A stretch of DNA of 30,735 nucleotides from assembly GCA_002269645.1 (NCBI GenBank), contig NIVC01004938.1, positions 1 to 30,735 on the forward strand. Direction: 5' to 3'. Below, piece after piece: positions 20,701 through 29,129 of this stretch (positions are counted from its first letter, which is position 1; each line of letters begins with the position of its first letter). Origin of the DNA: Macrostomum lignano (taxonomy: Eukaryota). The notes beneath the pieces are model-generated. The model was not told where the DNA came from. It ran no database searches and saw nothing but the letters and a program-made list of their open reading frames with translations. A program made the position numbers and the translations under genes.

Positions 20701-23220
20701 CTGGCACTGATACCAGCGGTTAAGATCAAACACGCCAACATGCAGAATAGATCCCGAGCATTCAGTCCAAACAAAATAGGCCCGACTCAAATCTTCGTCG
20801 TTATTAATCGATTGTCTAGTAAAGAAATTGTCGCAATGGATCAATCGGCTATTGGTGGATTCGCCGCCGCTCAGAGCCAGACACTGGGAGAACGACACCC
20901 CTGCGCTAACCAGAGTGTCGTAGTGAACACAAGCCACTGGATCCGATCCGTTAGACGAAGATTCCGATTGAGAACTGCTGAGCGACTTGCGATCTCTGTA
21001 CTTTAGCTGATAGAGTACTATGGTACTCAGGGCAGATACTTCTCTGTAAACATGTTGAGGCGGGAGATGAACAGGTGGGTTGTGAATCGCACTACAACCC
21101 GGTAATCAGATTCATTTATTCAATAATTATGCTAACACACCTGCTGCCCCGGCAGATCCACAGGTAGAGCAGGTTCATTGGATCGTCGTCGGCTTTTAAT
21201 AGCACAAAATGAGACACCGGCGGCGAGGAGAACTCAATTTTGCAGGTGAATCTGAAGCAAACAGACATTTGTTTAGCTAATGCTTTCGAAAAGCTTAATT
21301 AACACTCAAAAACTACATTAAAGAGTCAAAAAAGCAGATCGATAAGGAGCAGAAACAGGAGATATGGGGATCAGAAATAGAAGACATGGGGATCAGAAAA
21401 AGAAGACATGGAGATCAGAAAAAGCAGACATGGAGATTAGAAAAAGAAGACATGGAGATCAGAAAAAGAAGACATGGAGATTAGAAAAAGAAGACATGGA
21501 GATCAGAAAAAGAAGACATGGAGATCAGAAAAAACAGACATGGAGATTAGAAAAGCAAACACGGGGATCAGTAAAAGAAGACATGGGCATCAGAAAAAGC
21601 AGATTTAGGGATCAGGAAAAGCTGATTTGCTGATCCGCACTCACTCGTGAAAGCCGTCAACCAGTCTCCAGATTTGAGCTCCGCCAAAGCTGAATCCGAC
21701 AAGCAGAGAGGCGGTCAGCTTAGAATAGTGCAGAGCCGTCACCGACACGCTATCGGCGGAGAACGCCTGCCAAACTTCTCCGTTAGTTTTCTTATATTTG
21801 AAACAGGCACTGCTTGTCAACAGGTTGTCTGTAAATAAGATTTTATTGACTTTTATGGTGACATGTTGACACATCACACAACTTTAACTTTTGCTCAGCA
21901 TGTACAAGCATATCTTCTCTGGCTTCCCATTTAATTTTTTCACTCTAATTTTCCTAATTCTTTCTTCCCTAACTTTTCCACTCTAATCTTCCCAAGTCTG
22001 TCTTCCCCTCTAATTTTCCCACTCTAATCTTCCTAAGTCTGACTTCTCTCTATTCTCATTTTCCCACTCTAATCTTCCCCACTCTGATCGACTACCTCTA
22101 CATCAATTTATTTCCACCGCTATCGATCTAAGCTGTTTTCCTAAGCCTTTTTATTCAGCCCCCCTTACCATCCAGCAGGCAGTAGAGATGCCCGCCGCTG
22201 TCGCAGGCGGCATCCCGTAGCCGCGCCACGGCGTCAGCCGGCGCAGGCGCCGACGCCACTACAGCCAGAGTGGACATCGGCATCGCCTGAGCTGCCGCGG
22301 ATGTCGGCATTGTGTTCGCCGAAGCCGACGCTGCCGCCGACTCCGGGCCAGTCGCTGAAGATGCGCCGCCGCCGCCGCCGCAGCCGCTTTCGTCGCTGTC
22401 GCCGCCGCCGAAGCCCAAATCGCTGCCGAGCTCGTCGTCGTCAAGTCGAAGATCAATTAGCATCACGTGACCAGAGTGGCAGCCAATAGCGGCGCAGCCA
22501 GCGAACGCGCCAAGCAACGGGCCGCAAACGGAAGCGGGCTGGAGACAGTCGGGCATGGCCAGCACGGCCAGACAGGAGGCCCGGTAAGGCAGTCTGAGCC
22601 GCTTCAAGGCAGCGGATCGACCGCACTGCAACATCACCAGGTGACAATCGGCCGTTTCAATTGCCTCGGCTGCCACTAGAAGATGCTGAATAGAGTCTAG
22701 GCTGAAGAATTTCACGTCGCGTATAGACCAGGTGCACGGAGACGAGCGGCCCAGGTGCCAGGCGCCGGCTGGCCTGTAGCTGGGCACATGGAGGCAGTGC
22801 AGGCGGGGGCCGCTCCAGTAGCACACGGTCTTGCCATCTATAGATAAGGGATGTAAGGATATAGATAATGGTAAATCAATACTCACACCTGGATATAGAT
22901 GATGGTAAACCAATATTCACACCTGGATATAGATAAGGGTAAACCAATATTCACACCTGGATATAGATGATGGTAAACCAATATTCACACCTGGATATAG
23001 ATAAGGGTAAACCAATATTCACACCTGGATATAGATAAGGCTAAACCAATCAACAATTATCATAGATTATTGGTAAACAAAACCACTATTACACATTAAA
23101 TAGATAACCAATTAATTATTTACCCGAAGAGACTGCAGTGCCACTTCCTGGTTCTGTTAGTGGAAGAAGTTTGAACTCTGTTTCCACTCTAACATCAGAT
23201 GGAATCAGTAGGGACCCCAT
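6505..23220 (-). CDS. AHCTF1: Nucleoporin ELYS / AHCTF1 / MEL-28 homolog, 14 coding exons, about 2,226 aa if one base is restored in exon 14
   Basis: Motifs collinear with human ELYS as recalled: GHVMLIDLRLDD (GQILLVDLCLDD), LLVGFSFGGAQIW (LAVGFSDGYLALW), DDPMNLLYLW (NDPRNCCYLW), VGVFDLNRWYQCQLP (LGLFDINRWYHAQMP), PAEQLFYP (PPEQFFNP), YPPADARHLL (YPPASLHAVL), LDSLPRVQRDL (GKILPRVHRKL), PKPL, SILR..RLRF, and a long disordered basic tail with an AT-hook. Splice phases are consistent across all 13 introns. Exons: 23220-23124, 22837-22169, 21828-21645, 21251-21141, 21091-20548, 19021-18008, 15666-15154, 14800-14572, 13710-13551, 13308-13198, 11091-10610, 10560-10354, 9427-9269, 8704-6505. Confidence 0.92.
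8100..8363 (-). repeat. Coding 33-bp repeat x8 encoding (R/Q)VSPPLQQ(P/S)TQ in ELYS
   Basis: Eight consecutive 33-bp units, in frame within the 6505..8490 ORF. Confidence 0.95.
8830..9172. repeat. Minisatellite, 15 bp CTATGAGCATTCGCT (ELYS intron 13)
   Basis: About 22 units with an internal GAGC..GCTC inversion. Confidence 0.95.
9269..9427 (-). CDS. AHCTF1: ELYS exon 13
   Basis: TTCACCAG|AT GAC AGC ... ACC T|GTAAGC; phase 1 in and out. Confidence 0.8.
9684..10260. repeat. Minisatellite of 16/19 bp modules ACAAGCTCAAAGCTTC(ATC) (ELYS intron 12)
   Basis: Direct inspection; 35-bp dimers in the middle of the array. Confidence 0.95.
10354..10560 (-). CDS. AHCTF1: ELYS exon 12
   Basis: Follows a 49-nt intron (GTTGGT...TATAG). 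207 nt open (AQVFSIGADLDETSFDSP...). Donor GTGAGC. Confidence 0.8.
10610..11091 (-). CDS. AHCTF1: ELYS exon 11 (polyQ, SILR and RLRF motifs)
   Basis: Phase-2 acceptor CCTGCCTGCAG| with CTAAC upstream. An in-frame alternative acceptor starts the exon at 11136. Confidence 0.8.
11227..13038. repeat. Highly homogeneous 35/38 bp minisatellite GGGAAACACCTGAGGATATGAGATATTGATAATTA (ELYS intron 10)
   Basis: About 50 near-identical units with three main variants: CACCTGAGG, CACCTGCGG and CACCCGATGAGG. Confidence 0.98.
13198..13308 (-). CDS. AHCTF1: ELYS exon 10
   Basis: TTTTTCAG|A GGC TTG CTG TCC AAT GTG TTC ATG ACA CCT ... TG|GTAAAT; 111 nt, phase 2/2. Confidence 0.78.
13551..13710 (-). CDS. AHCTF1: ELYS exon 9
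   Basis: VDPKPLAAQ...TSVTTEKLFANVV, similar to human RPKPL...TRSVFINNVL. TTTAG| acceptor and |GTAATT donor. Confidence 0.85.
13824..14127 (+). mobile_element. tRNA-derived SINE with a CORE/Meta-like central domain, antisense in ELYS intron 8
   Basis: A-box-like AGGGTAGTGG (13832-13841) and perfect B box GGTTCGATTCC (13875-13885). CCTTGAGCAAGACACTT (13910-13926) and CTGTAAAATGGG (13956-13967) resemble the MIR/CORE consensus. AT-rich tail near 14115-14127. The 3' boundary is approximate. Confidence 0.8.
14572..14800 (-). CDS. AHCTF1: ELYS exon 8
   Basis: CCCACAG|IKEQLVAHLLLTGRYAEAAQL...LDSLPRVQRDL...G|GTAAGA. Confidence 0.9.
14832..15145. repeat. Minisatellite, 24 bp CTCAATGTGCCGCTAAACTTGTTG (ELYS intron 7)
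   Basis: About 13 units filling almost the whole intron. Confidence 0.95.
15154..15666 (-). CDS. AHCTF1: ELYS exon 7 (5' boundary uncertain)
   Basis: Open frame containing LLWSLDH (human FWLIDH) and ending CAG|GTTTGT. The in-phase acceptors downstream of the in-frame TGA at 15690-15688 are a weak AAG (15667) or a GAG (15655). Confidence 0.8.
15696..17790. repeat. Complex modular minisatellite built from GACACTAGGTCA, GACAAT and GACACTACA modules (ELYS intron 6)
   Basis: 2.1 kb of shuffled 6-12 bp modules. The DTRSDN and MTLGQT ORFs are translations of it. Confidence 0.97.
17781..17956. repeat. 83-bp tandem duplication (two copies plus a partial third)
   Basis: GGTCAGACAC starts at 17781, 17864 and 17947 with identical sequence in between. 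Confidence 0.9.
18008..19021 (-). CDS. AHCTF1: ELYS exon 6 (end of beta-propeller, start of helical domain)
   Basis: AACGCAG|GTG ACG CAA ... PAEQLFYP ... IDWLWASV ... YPPADARHLL ... LFAYLLMDLQ|GTATGG. Confidence 0.92.
19135..20530. repeat. CA-rich minisatellite, ~31-37 bp GCAGACACACTCACGCAGACACCAGACACACACAT (ELYS intron 5)
   Basis: About 35-40 units. Confidence 0.97.
20548..21091 (-). CDS. AHCTF1: ELYS exon 5
   Basis: Follows a 49-nt intron. Contains IVLYQLKYRDRK and VGVFDLNRWYQCQLP. Donor TCT|GTGAGT. Confidence 0.9.
21141..21251 (-). CDS. AHCTF1: ELYS exon 4
   Basis: EFTCKIEFSSPPVSHFVLLKADDDPMNLLYLWICRG; 111 nt, phase 2/2. Confidence 0.88.
21350..21620. repeat. GA-rich ~22-23 bp minisatellite AGACATGGAGATCAGAAAAAGA (ELYS intron 3)
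   Basis: About 11 degenerate units, polypyrimidine on the sense strand. Confidence 0.9.
21645..21828 (-). CDS. AHCTF1: ELYS exon 3
   Basis: TTTACAG| ... SVTALHYSKLTASLLVGFSFGGAQIWRL ... GA|GTGAGT. Confidence 0.9.
21930..22085. repeat. Degenerate CT-rich repeat (TTTCCCACTCTAATCTTCC...) in ELYS intron 2
   Basis: Four to five degenerate copies. Confidence 0.75.
22169..22837 (-). CDS. AHCTF1: ELYS exon 2
   Basis: TATCTATAG|AT GGC AAG ... CYWSGPRL ... GHVMLIDLRLDD ... GGHLYCLLD G|GTAAGG. Confidence 0.9.
22840..23050. repeat. 34 bp minisatellite GGATATAGATAAGGGTAAACCAATATTCACACCT (ELYS intron 1)
   Basis: Five to six units with period 34 (GGATAT at 22891, 22925, 22959, 22993, 23027). Confidence 0.93.
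23124..23220 (-). CDS. AHCTF1: ELYS exon 1 (MGSLLIPSDVRVETEFKLLPLTEPGSGTAVSS)
   Basis: 97 nt, phase 1, donor G|GTAAAT, joins exon 2 in frame. Sequence similarity is weak, so the assignment rests on phase and position. Confidence 0.65.
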
Positions 23221-25497
23221 TGCACTGGAACAGAAAACATTGGAGATTTGAAAGCTAATGAACATATCATTTTTCATTAAAATTGAAAATATTTTAAATT
23301 ATTTCAATTTTTAATTTTCAACTTTCAACTTTCAATTTGAACTTTCACTTTTAACTTAAAAATTTAACTTTCATTTTTATTTATTTGAAAGTGAAAAACA
23401 TCTGATAAATTTGAAAAAGCAATAATTTTGCTCAACAATATTTCTAAAATAAAAAGACCTTTATTATAGTGAAATAGGCCTAGGATATAATATTAACAAT
23501 AGAGCAATTTCTATAAAACTGATCAATATTTTGGTCTGCTTTATTTCATATAGATAATGGACTTTATACAAATAGAAGAGTTTCAAAAATGTTGTCATTA
23601 AGACAACTCAAAAGCTTTTTTTGACAATTTTTGAGGCATAGTTTAGTACTTTTATTTGGAATATATAAGATAATGTTTTCTTTGTCTTTCAAATATATCC
23701 ATTTGGATATAGCAAATGCAATTAAATCAAAAATATTTTTTGAAATCGAAGAAATATACAATAGATAAATATTTGGTATACTCAAAATTGAATTAAATTG
23801 ACCAAAAATAAAATTTAAATTGGAAATGGAAAGTTGACAATCTGAATACTGAATAATTGCTTTGCTATGGAACAAATATTTGGAACAAAAAAAGTAAAGT
23901 ATTATTATTATGGCTTATAAATGAAAGAAAAGAATTAGTGATAGTTGTGCTCTAAGGAAAGGCAGAGGGATTAAAGGCATAACAATTGAGTATATTATGT
24001 TAAGATTTGAGAAGGCTTAAAAAATGGAAGATTAAGAAGTTCAAGTTTGAAGAGTTGACAGTGCTAGGGGTTGTGGACTTGAGACTCATAAATGAGAGGA
24101 GGGAATTAATGATGAGACAACATGTGGCACATCTTGAGGAAAGGCAGGGGTGCTTAAGCAATCAAAGGCAAGTTTTGTTCAGGCTTTTGGAGAAAAAAAC
24201 ATTAGGAATCAAGTTTATAGATCATAGATTCCAGGGTGTTAATTCCTATAAACTTGAAGAGTAGAGTTAGCATTTGGTCTAGGTGCACTTTTTATTGAAT
24301 AAATAAAGATGATGGCCTATTGATCAAAGGCTACTAAAAGGATATTATTCACAAATATATATGTATTTAGCATTATTCAGTATTTAAATCAGTTCTATCA
24401 GATATTTTCATATAAAATTGGTTTAAAAAATTCATTTCATTTTTCAAATCTATAAAAATATCAATTAAATAAAATGGATAGAAACTGCTTTTCTTAGGAA
24501 AATAAAAAGTTTTATAGAGTATTTACTACATTGTTATTAGATTAATTTTTAGCCAATGTCCTAGTTTCCCATATTAAATTATTTTCACACTGAACTTTAA
24601 ACAAATGAACTAAAACAAATTTACTTAAGTATATATTAGTAAAAGTATAGCTTTTAGTCTTAAACAAGTAAAAGCACATATATGCTTAAAGTTCAAGTTA
24701 GGCCTAACTATAAAGATTATATCTAAAGTTACAAATGAATAGCACTAGTGATAACCTTTTTGATTTTTTTGACTCCCATCTCAGCAAGTTCTTCTAGTAT
24801 TGACTATTCCAAAAGAAGTGCCTCAACTTTCTGTACTAGGTAACCCATTACATTATTAGGCCTACTATACTATATAATACTGCTTTTAAGACCTTCATAG
24901 TTTAGACTTGCACATATCTTAAGTATACTTTATTAAATATATTTCAATTCATTGTTTAAAATCTGGTATCAAATTAAAAATAATTTAAAGCTAGAAACTA
25001 GGATATTGCCATAATGCCCTTTTTATTATTTAGGCATCATAAACTGGGGCATTGAAAAGCTGGGATACCTAGGATACCAAATGTCAAGTACCAAAAAGCA
25101 CAAGCAACAATCAACAAAAGGTCAAAAAGCATGGAAATCATATAGACATATGTATATATATTTTCTAATATTAATATCCAAAGACTACCTTGACTTCTTG
25201 TCTTGTTTTCTAGATCTTAGGCCTATTTTAAGGCAGTGTAAATGAGGCTTAAATAGAAAATAAGTTGTGAGACCACACTTAAACTATATTCACTTTTTCA
25301 ATTTAAGAGTACAATTTCAAAATTCAGGGTGCATATAATGCATACTCAGCATACAAAAACCTAGAATATACTCATTTTAAGCCTAGCTTGTTCATTAGAA
25401 ATTCAATCAAAAAATTTCAATGAAGAAAACTATATCTATATATAGGCCTAGGCCAACAGATTATTTTTTGGAAGTGTTTATCCCCACAATCCCATGC

Positions 25498-25825
25498 CAA
25501 TAATTCCAATTTTATTTATATGGATCCATGTTAGTGATTTTCAGTTTATCCCTATGGCAGCTTGTTAAAATAGCTGCCAACATTCAAGTCTATAGGCTGT
25601 GTCAATAATTTCAATTTATGTGTCCCTATAGCAGCTTATTGAAATAGCTACCACTATTCAAGTCTATAGACTATGTCAATAATTTTCAACTTATCCCCAC
25701 GACAGCTTATTGAAATAGCTGCCACCATTCAAGTCTATAGGTTGTATCAATAATTCCAATTTTATTGACACGGATCTATGCTGATAATTTTTAGCTTATC
25801 CATATGGCAGCTTATTGGAATAGAG
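25498..25825. repeat. Diverged ~71-105 bp repeat with a palindromic core CAGCTTATTGAAATAGCTG
   Basis: Cores at about 25558, 25632, 25703 and 25808; the first three are followed by a shared ATTCAAGTCTATAG. Confidence 0.8.
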
Positions 25826-26837
25826 TTAAAATAAAATAAAATAAATCTATTTAAAAACTGTCTTTTTGTTCTTACTGTTTTATAAATCTTCCAAATAAAC
25901 TACTAAATACTGAATAGTAGGCCAATTTAGTTTTTGTTAAAACTTTTTTGTTGTTAAAAGGGTTTAAAACATACTAACTAACTGCTTCTTTGTGTGTGGC
26001 ACAAAAATTTCTTTGTAGTTTTTTACTTAGATACTAGAAAATAGTTTGTTATGAAAGTTGCTAGGGCCTAATTAAATTGATAAAAAAGTTGATATTGGTT
26101 TTGTCAATATTAATTGAATACTATTGATGCACTAATTATCATGTTTAATTTCTTGTTTAGAAATTAAATTTAAATACTTGCTTAGCTGCTAGCTTTGCTT
26201 AAAACAACCAAGTGACCTCAAGATCAAGGCAAATGAGACTTGCAAAATTCTAAATTCAATAGGACCTATGTAATAATAATAATAATAATAATGACAATAT
26301 CAATTTTGAATAGAGTTAATAAGATGTTCAAATGACACTGTCATACTGTAGCTTCAATGGGGCCTGGAAAGTCATACAACATTATCATAACTGATATAAC
26401 AATTATTTTAAGCTAGGCCTATGCAATATATAGGTGTAAGACCAAGATGGCCACACACCAAGATGGCCACAGCTGGGGTGGGGGTCACGGAAAATGACAG
26501 CTGGTTTACTATTGGATAGCTTCGGGTGGGGAGATGTGGGGTTGCAATGGGGGGTTTAGACAGGCAGTCAAAATTTTATTAGTTTATTGCAGGGCTAAAG
26601 ACAAAAATGGTTACGAGTCTTAATTTCCTACTTATAGTAGGCCCCTAAGAGGTGTAAACATATTTCGTATTAAACAAATCTCTTCTTCATATAAAATCTG
26701 GTGTAGCTTTTTCCATTTCTCTTATTGGTCGAGACTAATTTACTTGTTTAAAGGGATAAAAACTGGGTAAATTTCATGCCCTGTTCAAAATTCATCTGTC
26801 TTATTCACTGACAGCAGTCTAAGCACTTAGATACAAA

Positions 26838-27827
26838 ATGGCAGGCGCATATCCATGTGTAGTCTGTCTGCAGCCAGTTTGCGATGGACAAGAAGCAATT
26901 GAGTGTTCTCAATGCTTGAATTGGCAGCACCGTGCATGTGCACCGTCAACCCGACGAATCTTGAAGTGCGACGGAACTTTTAGCATTGTCAAGGCACCTT
27001 TCAAACAGCTTTACAGTGTACACGGCGCGATTCGCTTTGATGGGCAGGAAAGGCTGGTACCACTTGCCTTCTTTTTGATGTCCGGTAAGGCTCAAGCTGA
27101 TTATCAAGCCTGCTTTTGTTGCCTTTGGGAGTCAACAGGTAATGCGCCAATCAAGTTCACTTGTGACTTTGAAGCTGCTGCTTGGCAAGCAATTTGGCTG
27201 GTATATCCAGGTGCGCAAGTTCGCGGCTGCTTCTTCCATTATTGTCAAGCTGTCTTCAGGCGTGTCCAAAATCTTGGCCTTCAGGTGCAGTATTCCACTG
27301 TTCCAGCAGTTAAGTTGGTTGTACGCATGCTTCTCTCGATTCCATGCTTGCCGTCCGCTTGTATGCTTGATGGTCTGGCAGCCTGCATTCAACTGGCAAT
27401 AGGTAATGAGCTACTCCTACAGCTAGCCGAGTATGTGCGCACTACCTGGCTGCAGCATCCCGTCTGGGACCGTGATGCTATCTGCGTCTTCGAGCAGTAC
27501 AAGAGGACCAACAACGACGTAGAAGCCTGGCATGGTCAACTCAACAAGCGTGGACAGAAACCGCTGAACTTCTACCTTCTGCTGGACCTGCTAGAGCGTG
27601 ATGCTGAACGGGTGCGACGGCTACAGCAGCAAGTTCACAGGGGCCAGGCTGTTACTCATCACCAGCAGGTGCATGCCAGGTACGCACGAGTGAATGCTGC
27701 CTTCGAGACGCATTGCAGACATCTTAGAGAAAGTACACTTTCAATTGCGGCTTTTCTAAGGGCCTGCAGCCATCTGCACACTCAGCCTGTCTGGCAGGTA
27801 CAGCAGCCTGCAGACGAGGAGGCTTAA
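26838..27827 (+). mobile_element. Mutator-like (MULE) transposase ORF, 329 aa, with a truncated N-terminal PHD-like finger; probably an internal deletion derivative
   Basis: MULE signatures: CDGTF (D45), VPLAFFLM..K, TCDFE (D110), GCFFH (CxxH) and RTNNDVEAWH (E229). The N-terminus reads C7xxC10...C23xxC26...H31xxC34. No TIRs were identified. Confidence 0.9.
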
Positions 27828-27862
27828 AAACTCATCAACTACCCAAGCCGCCCGCCCAAATC

Positions 27863-28104
27863 TATTGCCATTTCAGATCATAACGAGTTAAAAAAGCCAA
27901 AAAATCCGCACTTACTTATTTGTACTGCACCCATTGCTATAATTTGCTTGAACTTTGCCATCTATCCATGCCACCCGTACCTTATTGCCATTTCAGATCA
28001 TAATGAGTTAAAAAAGCCAAAAAATCCGCACTTACTTATTTGTACTGCACCCATTGCTATAATTTGCTTGAACTTTGTCATCTATCCATGCCACCCGTAC
28101 CTTA
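27863..28104. repeat. 120-bp tandem duplication just downstream of the MULE ORF
   Basis: TATTGCCATTTCAGATC starts at 27863 and 27983; the copies differ at only about 2 positions. Confidence 0.93.
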
Positions 28105-29129
28105 GAATCACCGTGCACATTTCTTGCCAGATTTTACACTTTGTTTTACGCTCAAATTTGGGATGGGGGGGTTCATTGCGTCGCACTTACAGAGCAAACA
28201 GCCTTTACTTGGGCTAGTCACTGCATGTATGTGTGACTCAGTGCACTTCTGCCTCCGTAATTCATCATCATCCCATCATCCCCATCATTATGCATGATAT
28301 TATATGAGCTACGTATACGAGCTATTAAAATGCAGATATGAGATACCTTTTGCACCCACATTTGCAGAACAGCTAGGCCTGATGAAAGATTTCATAGAAA
28401 AACAATTTATTCATTGCTACAAACTGTTGTCAATCCGTTGGTATCTAGAAATAATATGAAGTATCGTGAATGGGTGGCAACTGATGCAGTGTTTTTATTT
28501 TTGATTTCCACTTCTATTGAGTTCACATACGAGCCGTATTAATTTGTTTAAGTTGAATACAAAAGGTAGGTGGGGTTGCTTTCAATTCAAGCTTGAATGA
28601 GCAAAGACTTAATTTATGGTCACGGATCGTTACACTCAAGCCAACCCTAGAGCAACATTTTTTTCAATTGTGGCCTGTACGATACGACAACTGATACGAT
28701 ACGATTGGAAGTCATAAATAGTCTAAATAACTGACTGGCTTGCGTGGAGATAAAAATCTATCTATATAAAACAGCTCACCTCAAATCAGCCATATCATTA
28801 TTTTTCGTTGCAATCTTTTTTCAGTTTTAACATTTTTAGCCAACTGCTATGGTTGGTAACCATGATAACAATTTGGCTCGTAAAAAAATAACTCAATATA
28901 GTGAATCTGCATGCAGCACTTAGCATGAAGCCTCAGATTTATTTATGTAAATATCATTTGTACTCTATATGCACTGCGGCAAATTTGCACAGATATGAGA
29001 TGCATGTATTTTTCAGCAAGTACTGATACCCAAGAGACGCAAGGCTTCAATCAAAGTCTGACAATTCTGAAATCTCGTCAAATTAAGCCGAACCTCTAAA
29101 TACATGTACAGACACAAGTCTGATACAAA

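Noticed and set aside
6466-22679. Plus-strand ORFs overlapping ELYS exons (e.g. 6617..7168, 7989..8381, 18332..18784)
   Set aside because: Antisense shadows of GC-rich coding sequence with no recognisable domains.
754-23050. Uniform strand asymmetry (U/G-rich sense strand) across all satellites
   Set aside because: True for several arrays but reversed in the 21-mer, 21/25-mer and 24-mer arrays.
23564-24264. AT-rich ORFs as decayed L1/Tx1 retrotransposon fragments
   Set aside because: Only a vague resemblance, with no RT, endonuclease or CCHC motif I can identify; tBLASTn against Repbase would be needed.
26430-28400. Terminal inverted repeats of the MULE
   Set aside because: No reverse complement of the left ACCAAGATGGCCAC motif was found on the right; only 7-8 nt scattered matches.
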